In this document: piece after piece, positions 22,436-31,375 of the stretch
Numbering within the stretch: the stretch's first letter is position 1
How the letters are laid out: each line of letters starts with the position of its first letter
DNA from: a virus
IMG/VR virus record: IMGVR_UViG_3300046501_000246
Length of the DNA: 64,000 nucleotides
Direction: 5' to 3' (one strand)
Position numbers and translations under genes: made by a program
Notes under the pieces: model-generated
What the model saw: the letters and a program-made list of their open reading frames with translations, nothing else
Databases searched by the model: none
What the model was told of the DNA's origin: nothing

Positions 22436-22844
22436 ACCTTTTCTCGTAATGCTCCTCATATGTCTCTCTGAATAATGGCCAATTAGTTTCAAAATCCGCG
22501 ATCCGGCGAAGTTTTATTTCTTTCATTCTAGGCCATTCTTTTTCATTGAAAAATCTGTTATAATTCAAGAGCTTACGTTGTTTCACATAGTCTTGAAACA
22601 GATAAACCATGGCCCAATCTCTCAGTGGTCCGCTCCACTCCCGTTCCGGGATAGGCTCAGGCATAGTGAATAGATGACGTTTAATTTTTGTTAAATCGAT
22701 CATGCGCCGCGCTCCACCCTTTCCACATTGATTCAAGGTATGGATTTAGATAGATCATATTCTTAAACGTTCGATCCGGCGTCATGGTTAGATCATAACC
22801 GAGACCTTTGGCAAACGCCTCGAATTCCATCCTAACACTTCCCA

Positions 22845-23186
22845 TCAATCACCTCTCCCTTTTAGCATGCACCACGGATACATATCATTAATTGTGACAT
22901 AGCCGCGCCGCTCATAATATTCTTTCAACCTAGTTTCAAATACATTTTCGAGATAGAAGATGTGATCCGGCTCGTACCGATCCAAAAATCTGGTCAAAGC
23001 CCCCTTGCCGGGACGTGCCGCATTCATGTTAGCTAGATCGATAGTCTCTTGTATTCCATCTAGCCTCTTAGTTTTGCGGACATATATTTCAAGTCCCGGT
23101 TCCTTGATCCAAGAATTATTCAAAGGGCTGACCAGAAATTTTTCAAACGTCAGCTTCTGCATCACCACCTCCTGTCGGCTAAACAA
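22845..23186 (-). CDS. possible GNAT-fold acetyltransferase
   Basis: IDLANM...RPGKGALTRFL...LENV...YYERRGY resembles GNAT motifs A/B. Confidence 0.4.
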   Translation of the reverse strand: MFSRQEVVMQKLTFEKFLVSPLNNSWIKEPGLEIYVRKTKRLDGIQETIDLANMNAARPGKGALTRFLDRYEPDHIFYLENVFETRLKEYYERRGYVTINDMYPWCMLKGRGD

Positions 23187-24732
23187 AATCTAATTTTCTC
23201 ATTCACATAATAATACCGTTCCGGCGTATCTCGTAAGTGGTCCATAGCTTTTTGGTGATACGCAGACATTCCTCTGAACCCGGTTCCTTCAATTACGCCA
23301 TACCATATCCCTCGCCTCTCCCATTGAAGTTCAAGTCTCAGCATCGCCAAAATACTCTCTCAAACAGGTGTCGCAAATCACGATGGCCAACTTTGTCCCG
23401 TCACATGGATCGAAATAAGTAGAACCGTAATGGCCAGAGGTAGTAAATTCAAGTCCATCAATGGGCTGAAGATATTTCCCTTCTTCTCCAATATCTTTAA
23501 GCCGCGTGCCGCAGCTGAAACAGTCACATGTTCTCACTTCACATTCTCCCTCTTTATCTTTACAAAACGTTGAAGCTCGACGTTGCGACAATACAACCAT
23601 TCACCGTTTGAAGTTCTTCGTACATCAAAAATTTCAAACGGCTTCAATACCCAAGCCGTGCCGTTCCAGTATTCTAACTGGACCATTTCAAAGTTTAACT
23701 TTCTTAGTCTTGACCCAATAACCCAAATCTTTCAAGCTCTTAACAGCGTCATCCGCATCACCATCAAAATCATATCGAAGCCTATCCAAAGCCTCTTTGG
23801 AATTTTTCTTGCCGAAACTGACTTCGTAACAAGATTTTTCGCTATACTTGAACACAACCTCTTTGGTAGTGCCGGTTATGCGCAGAATGCGTACCTTGAA
23901 TTTCATACCTTCCCAAGCCCTAGCGCTGTCGGCTAGCTCCACGGCCCACTTCTTAGCCTGTTCAAGATCGCTAGAAATGACGGAAGATAGCCTTTCAGTG
24001 CTATCGCCCCACACTTGCCACGAATGGCCACCTTTATGTCTGTCTCGGTAATAGCCTTCAAGCTGAAGATAAGATGATTCTGTCATGTCAATATTGTCCC
24101 ACCGTTATGCCAAAAACAATTGAATAATCAACGCCATGATTATCGAGCAGGCGAATCAACTCCCACGCATTGGCGCGTAACTCAGTGATGGCATTCTCTT
24201 TCACCCGATCAACTTCAACGAATAGAAGTGTTTTACCAACATCCTCACCGCTGATATGCGTGTTATATGAAGACCTATAATTAGGAACAATGACTTCATC
24301 TCCATAAGGAAACGTCATGAATTTTTCGCCATCCTCAAAAATTTTATACCCGACATGAGCCATGATGGCATCAGGATTTGTCACACGTGATTTTTTCTCT
24401 TCAACCTTTCTGATAATTGCTGTGCCACAAGTGATGCAATATTTACCACCGAAACGCTCCGTGTTACAAACGGGGCAAATCCTCCGTTCCGTGACCTTAA
24501 CCACTTCTACAGGCTCGTTAAATTTAATAAAAGCGCCGACGTAGAATACAACATCACTGCTCATTGTTCGTCTCCTGTTCCAATCTTACCATCTCCCGCT
24601 GCCATCTCAAGATATAGTAGCACAACGCGTCACGATTTTGACGAAACGTAAAGTCATCGCCACTAAACATGGCGGCATCAATTTGTTCCGCCGCGTCATT
24701 GAGATACGACATGTCAAATAGTTCACTCATCT

Positions 24733-25365
24733 TCAGTCCCACCTTTCCCATGTCGCAAAATTAAGAACACCACGTTCCAACTCTTCCAACTCAGTGCTCA
24801 TGTTAACCCTAGCAGGCCCTTCCCACTCAGGGTGATTCCAATATATCTTGGGACTGTCGAGCATATGTTTCAAAAACTTGATCCTACCTGTTGCGAATTC
24901 AGTAACGGAATAAAAAGACCAATATTCGTGCCAAATCTTAACCCCGCTTCCGCGATACGTTTCACGATCTCTAGCTAGCCCTCTTAGATCATAGTCGAGA
25001 AAATCCTTGGCCCATGACGGCAGGGACACATTATTAGGATTGGTGTGATCCTTGGAAGCCCTAATAGCCTCTTCAATCTGAGCCTGCGTGGTGCACTCGA
25101 ACCCTGTCTTGTGGCTCCAATACACATCGGCGCTTAATGCTTCGTTATAGGCACAGCATGGATAATAGATAATATCGTGATACAGGATAGCCGCCATGAT
25201 AGGATCATCGTCATGATATCTAATGTTTCGAGCCATGTGGATCAACTCAATGATATGATCAAGGTTATGATACTTGCGATGCGGCTCGTTGTATAGCGCG
25301 ATCAGCATGTCAACCGAGTGACTAACACCATGTTCAACCGCGATTTTCTTAATCAGTTCCGACAT
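24733..25365 (-). CDS. HD-domain phosphohydrolase
   Basis: HRKYHNLDHI...AAILYHDIIY...NEALSA...FLDYDL. Confidence 0.85.
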   Translation of the reverse strand: MSELIKKIAVEHGVSHSVDMLIALYNEPHRKYHNLDHIIELIHMARNIRYHDDDPIMAAILYHDIIYYPCCAYNEALSADVYWSHKTGFECTTQAQIEEAIRASKDHTNPNNVSLPSWAKDFLDYDLRGLARDRETYRGSGVKIWHEYWSFYSVTEFATGRIKFLKHMLDSPKIYWNHPEWEGPARVNMSTELEELERGVLNFATWERWD

Positions 25366-25592
25366 TTTCTTCCCTCCTTACGCGGCGCACCTAGACCGGC
25401 TCTTATGATTGATCATCAAGAACCTCATCTCGGTCCTGACCTTCGTCACTGTGCCATAAAATCTCATGCCACCAATGGGCCACGTGATGTACCAATACCC
25501 TTTACCCAAAGGTTCTGCTTGAAAAACATTATCGTCTTCATCAATCATTTCTATCACGTCAAAGGCCTCTTATACTAGATTAAGTTGAGACC

Positions 25593-25633
25593 GTTATGAC
25601 AAAAAAAGGCCAGCTAGTCAATGACTAACTGGC
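25593..25633 (-). terminator. intrinsic terminator with embedded sigma70 promoter
   Basis: GCCAGTTAGTC-att-GACTAGCTGGC plus T-run on the minus strand; TTGACT-N17-CATAAC starts within the hairpin. Confidence 0.7.
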
Positions 25634-25646
25634 GCTTTAAGTGACT

Positions 25647-25907
25647 TTATCTTGTTTTAGATCGTACCGGTTTCAACTCATATCCCAACATTCGGTATGC
25701 CATCTGGATCGTCACACCCATCGGCCTTCGTGTCGTGCCGTCTTGAATATTCTTGATCGTGGCAGGCGCTAATCCAGACGTATTCGCCTTGGCGTAGAAC
25801 GATCTACGATCCATGGCAAGCTCGGTGCGCAGCTTGGTCAGCAAGGGATCAATGTCTGGCTTCACCGGCCTATCCTTGGACCACTTCACCTTTCTAGGAG
25901 CCGCCAT
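25647..25907 (-). CDS. small HTH (XRE-like) DNA-binding protein
   Basis: AKANTSGLAPATIKNIQDGTTRRP...TIQMAYRMLGYEL. Confidence 0.65.
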   Translation of the reverse strand: MAAPRKVKWSKDRPVKPDIDPLLTKLRTELAMDRRSFYAKANTSGLAPATIKNIQDGTTRRPMGVTIQMAYRMLGYELKPVRSKTR

Positions 25908-26263
25908 TATTCGTCTCCTGCTTGGTGACCCAACACGATCACGACGTTTTGCAGCGACTTGATCTTGATGTGCGCGTCTTCCAAACGGGCCAGTAAATCG
26001 TCCCTGACATGGATCAAGGACATGATTTCTTGCCTAGCATCTCCTAGAGCGTCATGTGTGATAGCTGTGGTGATGGTAGGCGTTTCACTCTTTTTCCTCT
26101 TTGTGCCGCCGCCATACATGTCGTGATACTGCTTCACCCAATATGCTATAGTGCTTGGCTTAAGACCCACACTCTCGGCATATTTCTCTTGGCTAACACC
26201 TGATTCGATCTGCGCCTTGGCGTGGCGCATACGCTCTTCCATAGGCAGAGTAGCTTTTCCCAT
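25907..26263 (-). CDS. HTH protein with coiled-coil tail
   Basis: SGVSQEKYAESVGLKPSTIAYWVKQY helix-turn-helix. Confidence 0.65.
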   Translation of the reverse strand: MGKATLPMEERMRHAKAQIESGVSQEKYAESVGLKPSTIAYWVKQYHDMYGGGTKRKKSETPTITTAITHDALGDARQEIMSLIHVRDDLLARLEDAHIKIKSLQNVVIVLGHQAGDE

Positions 26264-26602
26264 TGGCCTCTAACTCCTAAGACTTGGACAACGACTCTAG
26301 GAGTACAGCAGGAGTTAGGCAGATGCAATCCCTACTCGCGGATTTTTACACCTCTGACGTGTCGGATAACGCTGATGCAGCGCGGACAAGTCACTACCTT
26401 CTTCTTGGTATCGATGAGTGCGCTCTCAGGATCAGCCTCTGTCTCACCTATGTCGAAGGAATCGCCGCATAGCGTGAATTCTCCCATCATGAGATGGACA
26501 CCTTCAGCGCTTTCCATAAACTCTTTCATCACAGAACCTTCATAAGGTCCGGATCAAGCTCTTCTTCATTAATTGTCACGCCTAGATCGTTGAGCACATC
26601 GA

Positions 26603-26641
26603 TCATTTGTTGCGGAATCGGCAATAAGACATGTTAGCCAT
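26603..26641 (-). pseudogene. truncated MSYCRF-type small phage gene
   Basis: promoter (26676-26704), SD GAGGGAG and ATG give MANMSYCRFRNK-stop after 12 codons; an unrelated-looking tail follows in another frame. Confidence 0.45.
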
Positions 26642-26675
26642 AAATTTTCTCCCTCTAAAAATGCTTGACAACTTT

Positions 26676-26704
26676 TTATTACATCATGACAAAGTGTCAG
26701 TCAA
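26676..26704 (-). promoter_or_regulatory. repeated early promoter
   Basis: TTGACT-N17(..GATG)-TAATAA. Confidence 0.7.
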
Positions 26705-27040
26705 TTAGTATTTTTCAAACAAGGTCAAAGACCTAATGTGCGTTGCCCCTTGGACAGCTTGACATAGTAATGGTCCATCCAATAGGATGTGAACATCAAG
26801 CCATCGTCGCAGATGTACATCTGCATACTACGCCATGTGAATTGATTCAACACGTTCATTATTAGGTTCCTTTATTCAGAAATCACTGCTGAAATGTCAT
26901 AAATACCGGTCTGATGCCTTCCGCTGTAGTCATAGGTAGGGCTTGCGTTCAGCGTAGCAGTCTTCACATTTGGGTATTTCACTTTCATCGCGGCGAGCAG
27001 TGCTTCCTTTATCTCTGTTTCGTTTAGTTCAATCTTTAGT

Positions 27041-29555
27041 TTAGCCATTTAAATTATCTCCATATCTATTTGATTTCTTATCGGCCCGCCCCGGTTCCGG
27101 TTCACCTTCTTTGACGTAAACGTCGTGACCCATAGCCTTCTTCTGTACCATGAAATGGTCAGCCAAGATTTTGAAATGAAAATCTGCGACCCTAACCGGT
27201 TCGTCTCGATATTGATAATATACTTTGAAAACCATGACGTGCGCCCTCCCTCTCAAACTATTTGCCAATACATTTTATTACATCGAAGATGTGATAGGTG
27301 TCAAGTCACGAATTATAACCAACTATAATCGTTTTATTCTTTAATCTTATCTTTCTTATTCAATTCATCCGCAATATCTGCTAGTCTGTTCAATTCTTCC
27401 CTCGCCTCGCCGCGCTTGAATATGGTACGCCAGCATCTTCCCCGCCGAAGCTAAGCGCTCGTCCCACGTCTCGAATTTATATTGAACATAATCCTGAGAC
27501 ACGTTCACACCGTTTTCAGTGAAAACATAGTCGCCAGTATCGAAATCAACGTCACAAGCTATGACAAAACCTGTGAAAGGAGAGGTAACTTCGGCATGAC
27601 CATCTTCATCCGCATTTGCTTTGCAGAGCAAGTCAATAGGCGTAAGATTTTTGTGATAGCGCATCTTCGAATCTCCTTTTCATACTCGGATGTACATATA
27701 TACCATTAGGAGTATAGAAAATGCAAGCCTCCATAACAAATTCAGAGCCATATCTCTTTATTAATTTTTTAAAAATACGCTTACTTCGGTGTTTAGAATA
27801 TGGAAAATTTCTCACCCAAGTTGGTTGCTGCGCTGCTTCGGTATAGTAAATTTTTAAACCATTAAATTTTTGTGCCACGCTACCGGGATAATAACCAAAA
27901 TTACTGTTCACTCGCGTCGCACTCCCTAGAGACTTCGTCAAACAGCGGCCCGCCGATGAGATGGACTATGTCACCGCCATGCGCGAAGCTAGGGCTCGTG
28001 GCTTCTGATCGGACATAGGAATAGCCGATACCGGGAACCACATCAAAAGTTTCTTCTTCCTTTTTAACTTTCAGAGCGATTTCGAGTTGGAGACAGTAGC
28101 TCCATGTCGCGCTACGTCCATCTATGTCAGAGGTATACAATCCGGGAAAGATGAAACGATTCCCCTTCTCATCAACAAACACTGGAAATTTATACACTAT
28201 TATTCTCCTTCACTGATCATAGCTCTATAGGCATAACCCATTGGTCCGCCTCCCGCGCTCGGCTCTTCTGTCGGAGACTGAGACATGATATCGCTCCGCT
28301 TCCGCCAATACGCATCATTCATTTTATTAATTTTTGTTTCACTCGGCTCAAGCGGGACAATGGCATAGCCCATCTCGTTAAGAATGTGTCGCAAGTTCCT
28401 GATATCTTTGATTTGGTACTCATCAAAAAGCCTGACAGGATTACGATGTTCTGGTAGCGTGCTCCAATGCGAGGCGAAACGATATGTTTCACCCACGCCC
28501 TCAATGTCCTCCACGGCGTAATAAGCAATAACCGTCATGCCTAGGTAGCGCTCCCCTGTCATGGCGAAGCCGTCAGTTTTTAAATCTGAGACGTGCATTT
28601 CCATAGTCACATCCCCCAAATAATATACGTCATGACAGCCAGCCATGTCACGGTTAGGCCAAGAAACGCTGTGATAAAATAAAATTTCTCTGCCGCAGTT
28701 ATGTCTCGACCTTGCGCCAGTAAGTCGTTTCTAGTCCTAGCAACGCTGTAAAACAGGAAGTATTTCGTGGCGAGACAGGCCAGAGCGATGAATTGGAGAA
28801 TTGTAACTGTCATGTAATTAAGACCTCTCAAACAAATTTCTGATGCCAAAAATTAGCGCACTTATCGCCGCAAAATCGGTAACACTGATTTCTGGCGCAT
28901 AATTTTTGTGAACCCAAGAGAATATCCACAGAGATAAAATTGTTAGCGCCACAGTCAAAATATCAAAACCAAGCTCTCTAAACATTAAATTTTTCCTTTA
29001 AACTAAATGAACTCTAAATCACTATGACGCGATTTAGAGTCCAAGTCAATCACTTTCTGTCATGCTTTGCTTAACGCGTCTCGCACCGCTTCGACCAATG
29101 TATCACCAATACCAAGCCTGTTAATATGCTTAGCAGTGACCACGAATTGATCCACTTCTTCCCAAATCACGAACTCGCCGCGATCCTCATGAAGCTCAAT
29201 TATACAACCGTTCACAACTTCGATACGAGTAAAGCTCCCGAATGAGTTGTCGCGTCCCTCCTCGTAGACGGCCTCAACCATCTCAGGTACGGTGACATAT
29301 TCATCCATAGCGTGTCTCCTTCTGCTACTCCAAGCTCATGTGACCGTTACACTCAACCAACGTTCCTATCCTACCAAGGTTCCATTCATAGTTGCCTATC
29401 CCTGTCACGACTGGTTTGCCTAGGTCGGCCATCTCTAGCCCCGCCGCTCTCAGATCAATGCTGAATTGGAGATTCGAATGTAGCCTCGCCTTGTTGCGAA
29501 TCGCGATGAATTTCCTGACATTTTTGGTGTTAAGCATCACTAATCCTTGTCCCAT
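27041..29555 (-). other. array of small hypothetical genes (part 3)
   Basis: ORFs 27041-27268, 27365-27664, 27633-27941, 27901-28197, 28200-28646, 28607-28849 (membrane), 29060-29308, 29325-29555. Confidence 0.65.
27275..27304 (-). promoter_or_regulatory. repeated early promoter
   Basis: TTGACA-N18(..GATG)-TAATAA. Confidence 0.65.
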
Positions 29556-30003
29556 CCGGCTTCAGCCTAACTCCCTCGCCCGTTCCATCGCAAGGATGAT
29601 GACCGTGCACCGCGAAATATTTATCTCTCTTAATGATTTTCCCCTTGACAAGGAATCCCCAACGAAACATTGGAGCACCAGTGATGAGAAAGGTCCACGT
29701 ATTAGGTCTGACGTTTTGAACCGAATGCATGTGATCGGCTGGCCTAAACCGAATCATTCCGGCCCGCATCCGTTCAACGTCTTTTACCAGAACAGCGTTG
29801 TCAATCGTTTCGTATGTCACATCGTCATAGCCGCCTCGTAGCACGACAGTAACGAACCAATAAGGATGATTGTGTGGATGACGGTGATCGTCATCTCCGA
29901 GCCATTGGTGAAGCCTAACGCTCCACTTCTTGAACAGGACGGCCCATAGCCGGAAATATGGACATTCGGGAAGGCCACCGGCACGGTTCCAGATGATTTT
30001 CAT
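29530..30003 (-). CDS. cupin-fold protein
   Basis: LHQW..DDDHRHPHNHPY.F.T.VL.GGY...RFRPADHMH.V cupin metal-binding motifs. Confidence 0.7.
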   Translation of the reverse strand: MKIIWNRAGGLPECPYFRLWAVLFKKWSVRLHQWLGDDDHRHPHNHPYWFVTVVLRGGYDDVTYETIDNAVLVKDVERMRAGMIRFRPADHMHSVQNVRPNTWTFLITGAPMFRWGFLVKGKIIKRDKYFAVHGHHPCDGTGEGVRLKPDGTRISDA

Positions 30004-30203
30004 GATAGTTCGACATATAGCTGAATTTCGGGATCGTCGTGCTCAAAAACAACATCAACGACCTTATATCGAACATTGTTTTTAAAGAAAGTGTTTCCTG
30101 TCTGAGGAACAACAGGTAATGCAACTGAGAAAGAATTGCCATCATTAAGATAGCACTTGAACGAAATCATCGTCATATCAACCTCCTTTAAATTTTGTCC
30201 CAA
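30000..30203 (-). CDS. hypothetical protein
   Basis: short ORF between the methyltransferase and the cupin gene. Confidence 0.5.
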   Translation of the reverse strand: MGQNLKEVDMTMISFKCYLNDGNSFSVALPVVPQTGNTFFKNNVRYKVVDVVFEHDDPEIQLYVELS

Positions 30204-30805
30204 ACCGCGATAACTGCTTCGATGTAGTTATCTCCTATCACAAACGTTTCGCGAGGTAAATGATAAAATCTTACATCAGGGAGAATCTTACAAATTTCGT
30301 CACAGTAAGTTGCATGGAGCAGGGCGACGAGACGGCCACCTTCTGCAAGTTGGTCCGCCGCATGTCTGACATGCTCGACACAATTCTTGTGCGGCGGATT
30401 CATGACGACGCGGTCGAACAGATTGTCAAAACTATATCTCAGGAAATTGGTGTTCAGACATTCCACAGACGGATATGATTCCACCAATTCAGCGAACATA
30501 GGCTTGTTAAGCTCTATCGCCGTGATGTTTTGAGCGTAGACACTAACAGCTTCCACGATAGCGCCAGTTCCAGCGCTAGGTTCAAGTACCCTGTCATGAA
30601 TTATGATATCCGCAAGCGCTGCCATATCGGCGGCGAGCCATGACGGCGTGTTCGTTGCTTGTAAATTAGTTCTTCCCTCCATTAATGGAGGAAGAATGGT
30701 CCGAGGTGAAGGATTCGAACCCCCGACACCTGTAGTTTCACCCCTTATCCCCTTCAAATCATCTCCAACATTACTTGGGCCGGTTCTTGAGTTAATTACT
30801 CTCAT
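30188..30805 (-). CDS. SAM-dependent N6/N4-type (amino) methyltransferase
   Basis: TPSWLA, VLEPSAGTGAI (motif I), VVMNPPH (motif IV variant); start either 30805 (SD AAGGA, inside the tRNA-like RNA) or 30682 (no SD). Confidence 0.8.
   Translation of the reverse strand: MRVINSRTGPSNVGDDLKGIRGETTGVGGSNPSPRTILPPLMEGRTNLQATNTPSWLAADMAALADIIIHDRVLEPSAGTGAIVEAVSVYAQNITAIELNKPMFAELVESYPSVECLNTNFLRYSFDNLFDRVVMNPPHKNCVEHVRHAADQLAEGGRLVALLHATYCDEICKILPDVRFYHLPRETFVIGDNYIEAVIAVWDKI
30670..30696 (-). other. hairpin directly after the CCA of tRNA-like RNA B
   Basis: TTCTTCCTCCATT/AATGGAGGGAAGAA near-perfect palindrome, no U-tract; sequesters GGAGG and contains ATG 30682. Confidence 0.6.
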
Positions 30806-30920
30806 TACTTCATTCCTTTCATGTTATCGACTCATCTCAGGTTCAATTCACTTCTATCGGTGATCAAGCCAGTCGAAATGAATCAGGCTCACAGTGCTCT
30901 ACCAGCTGAGCTAACCCCGG
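30697..30920 (-). ncRNA. tRNA-like RNA B (224 nt) with a 155-nt insert replacing the anticodon loop
   Basis: acceptor CCGGGGT/ACCTCGG-A-CCA; D arm GCTC-AGCTGGTA-GAGC; anticodon stem CTGTG/TACAG; insert 30889-30735; T arm GGGGG-TTCGAAT-CCTTC. Confidence 0.85.
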
Positions 30921-31075
30921 CAATGTGTCTGTCTTTCCAGACTGCCAAATCCCCGGAACCGTCCGGTCCTGCGGCATGTGCCGCTTCGGTAGGGACTTGA
31001 ACCCTACTTTTCCTTACCAAACCTCGATTAGCGAGCCGGAATTGAACCGGCGTTACTCGTAGCCTTTCGGCAAAC
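30921..31075 (-). ncRNA. structured 155-nt linker with two extra T-arms and GNRA/T-loop-like hairpins
   Basis: GCC-GAAA-GGC; GCCGG-TTCAATT-CCGGC (31051-31035); GTAGGG-TTCAAGT-CCCTAC (31007-30989); GCGGC-ACAT-GCCGC; GTCTG-GAAAGA-CAGAC (30942-30927). Confidence 0.7.
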
Positions 31076-31325
31076 TGGTCCAAGAGAATGGATTCGAACC
31101 ACCAGCCCCCACGTTTTCTACCCAATCCTTTTCAATTTTACTGACGCGGTACTAAGTCTTTTTCATGAGTTGATCTGACCCACTACTTAATCCTGTTCTG
31201 CGGCAGTATCCTATCCAATTCTATTTAGTGTCGTAACACGATTTGCCACATCGTTACACTAAATCAGGTCGTGGTGCTCTACCTGCTACCTTTTGACACA
31301 AGGCATACTTTGGAGCTACTCTTGG
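31076..31325 (-). ncRNA. tRNA-like RNA A (250 nt) with a 156-nt insert replacing the anticodon loop and an enlarged D loop
   Basis: acceptor CCAAGAG/CTCTTGG-A-CCA; D stem GCTC/GAGC around a 33-nt loop; anticodon stem CCACG/CGTGG; insert 31269-31114; T arm GGTGG-TTCGAAT-CCATT. Confidence 0.85.
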
Positions 31326-31375
31326 TTAAACTTCTTCAACAACAGTTGAGGAAGATTTAGTTATCTTGTTATTCC

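Larger units (their letters stand above)
21468..24751 (-). other. array of small hypothetical genes (part 2)
   Basis: ORFs 21468-21827, 21883-22434 (start likely MTDYSA), 22431-22736, 23162-23350, 23331-23600 (CxxC pairs), 23688-24086, 24088-24564 (double Zn ribbon CPVC..CITC), 24554-24751. Confidence 0.7.

Noticed and set aside
25907-26263. Transposase or IS element
   Set aside because: Only an HTH and a coiled coil; no DDE domain, terminal inverted repeats or target duplication seen.
30188-30682. Restriction-modification system
   Set aside because: No adjacent restriction endonuclease or specificity subunit; treated as an orphan methyltransferase.
30890-31113. Circularly permuted tRNA formed from the 3' half of A and the 5' half of B
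   Set aside because: Cross-pairing needs many G-U pairs and one mismatch, whereas each half pairs almost perfectly with its own partner.
30889-31125. 78-aa ORF across the RNA locus
   Set aside because: It overlaps T arms and hairpins, has no SD and no protein-like features; best explained as a shadow of structured RNA.
31114-31269. CsrB-like GGA sponge in insert A (four GGAT motifs)
   Set aside because: The motifs are not presented in hairpin loops, insert B has a different pattern, and purine-rich sequence yields such motifs by chance.
30697-31325. Ordinary tRNA genes or group I intron-containing tRNAs
   Set aside because: No 7-nt anticodon loop; the bases after the 5' anticodon stem are AC and AG rather than Y-U33; the 155-nt inserts are shorter than known self-splicing tRNA introns and I could not find P7-type core motifs. 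A covariance-model search is still needed.
30697-31325. Canonical or two-piece tmRNA
   Set aside because: No G3-U70 pair (A3-U70 in A, G3-C70 in B), intact D stems are present, and no convincing ANDEN...AA-type tag frame is visible.
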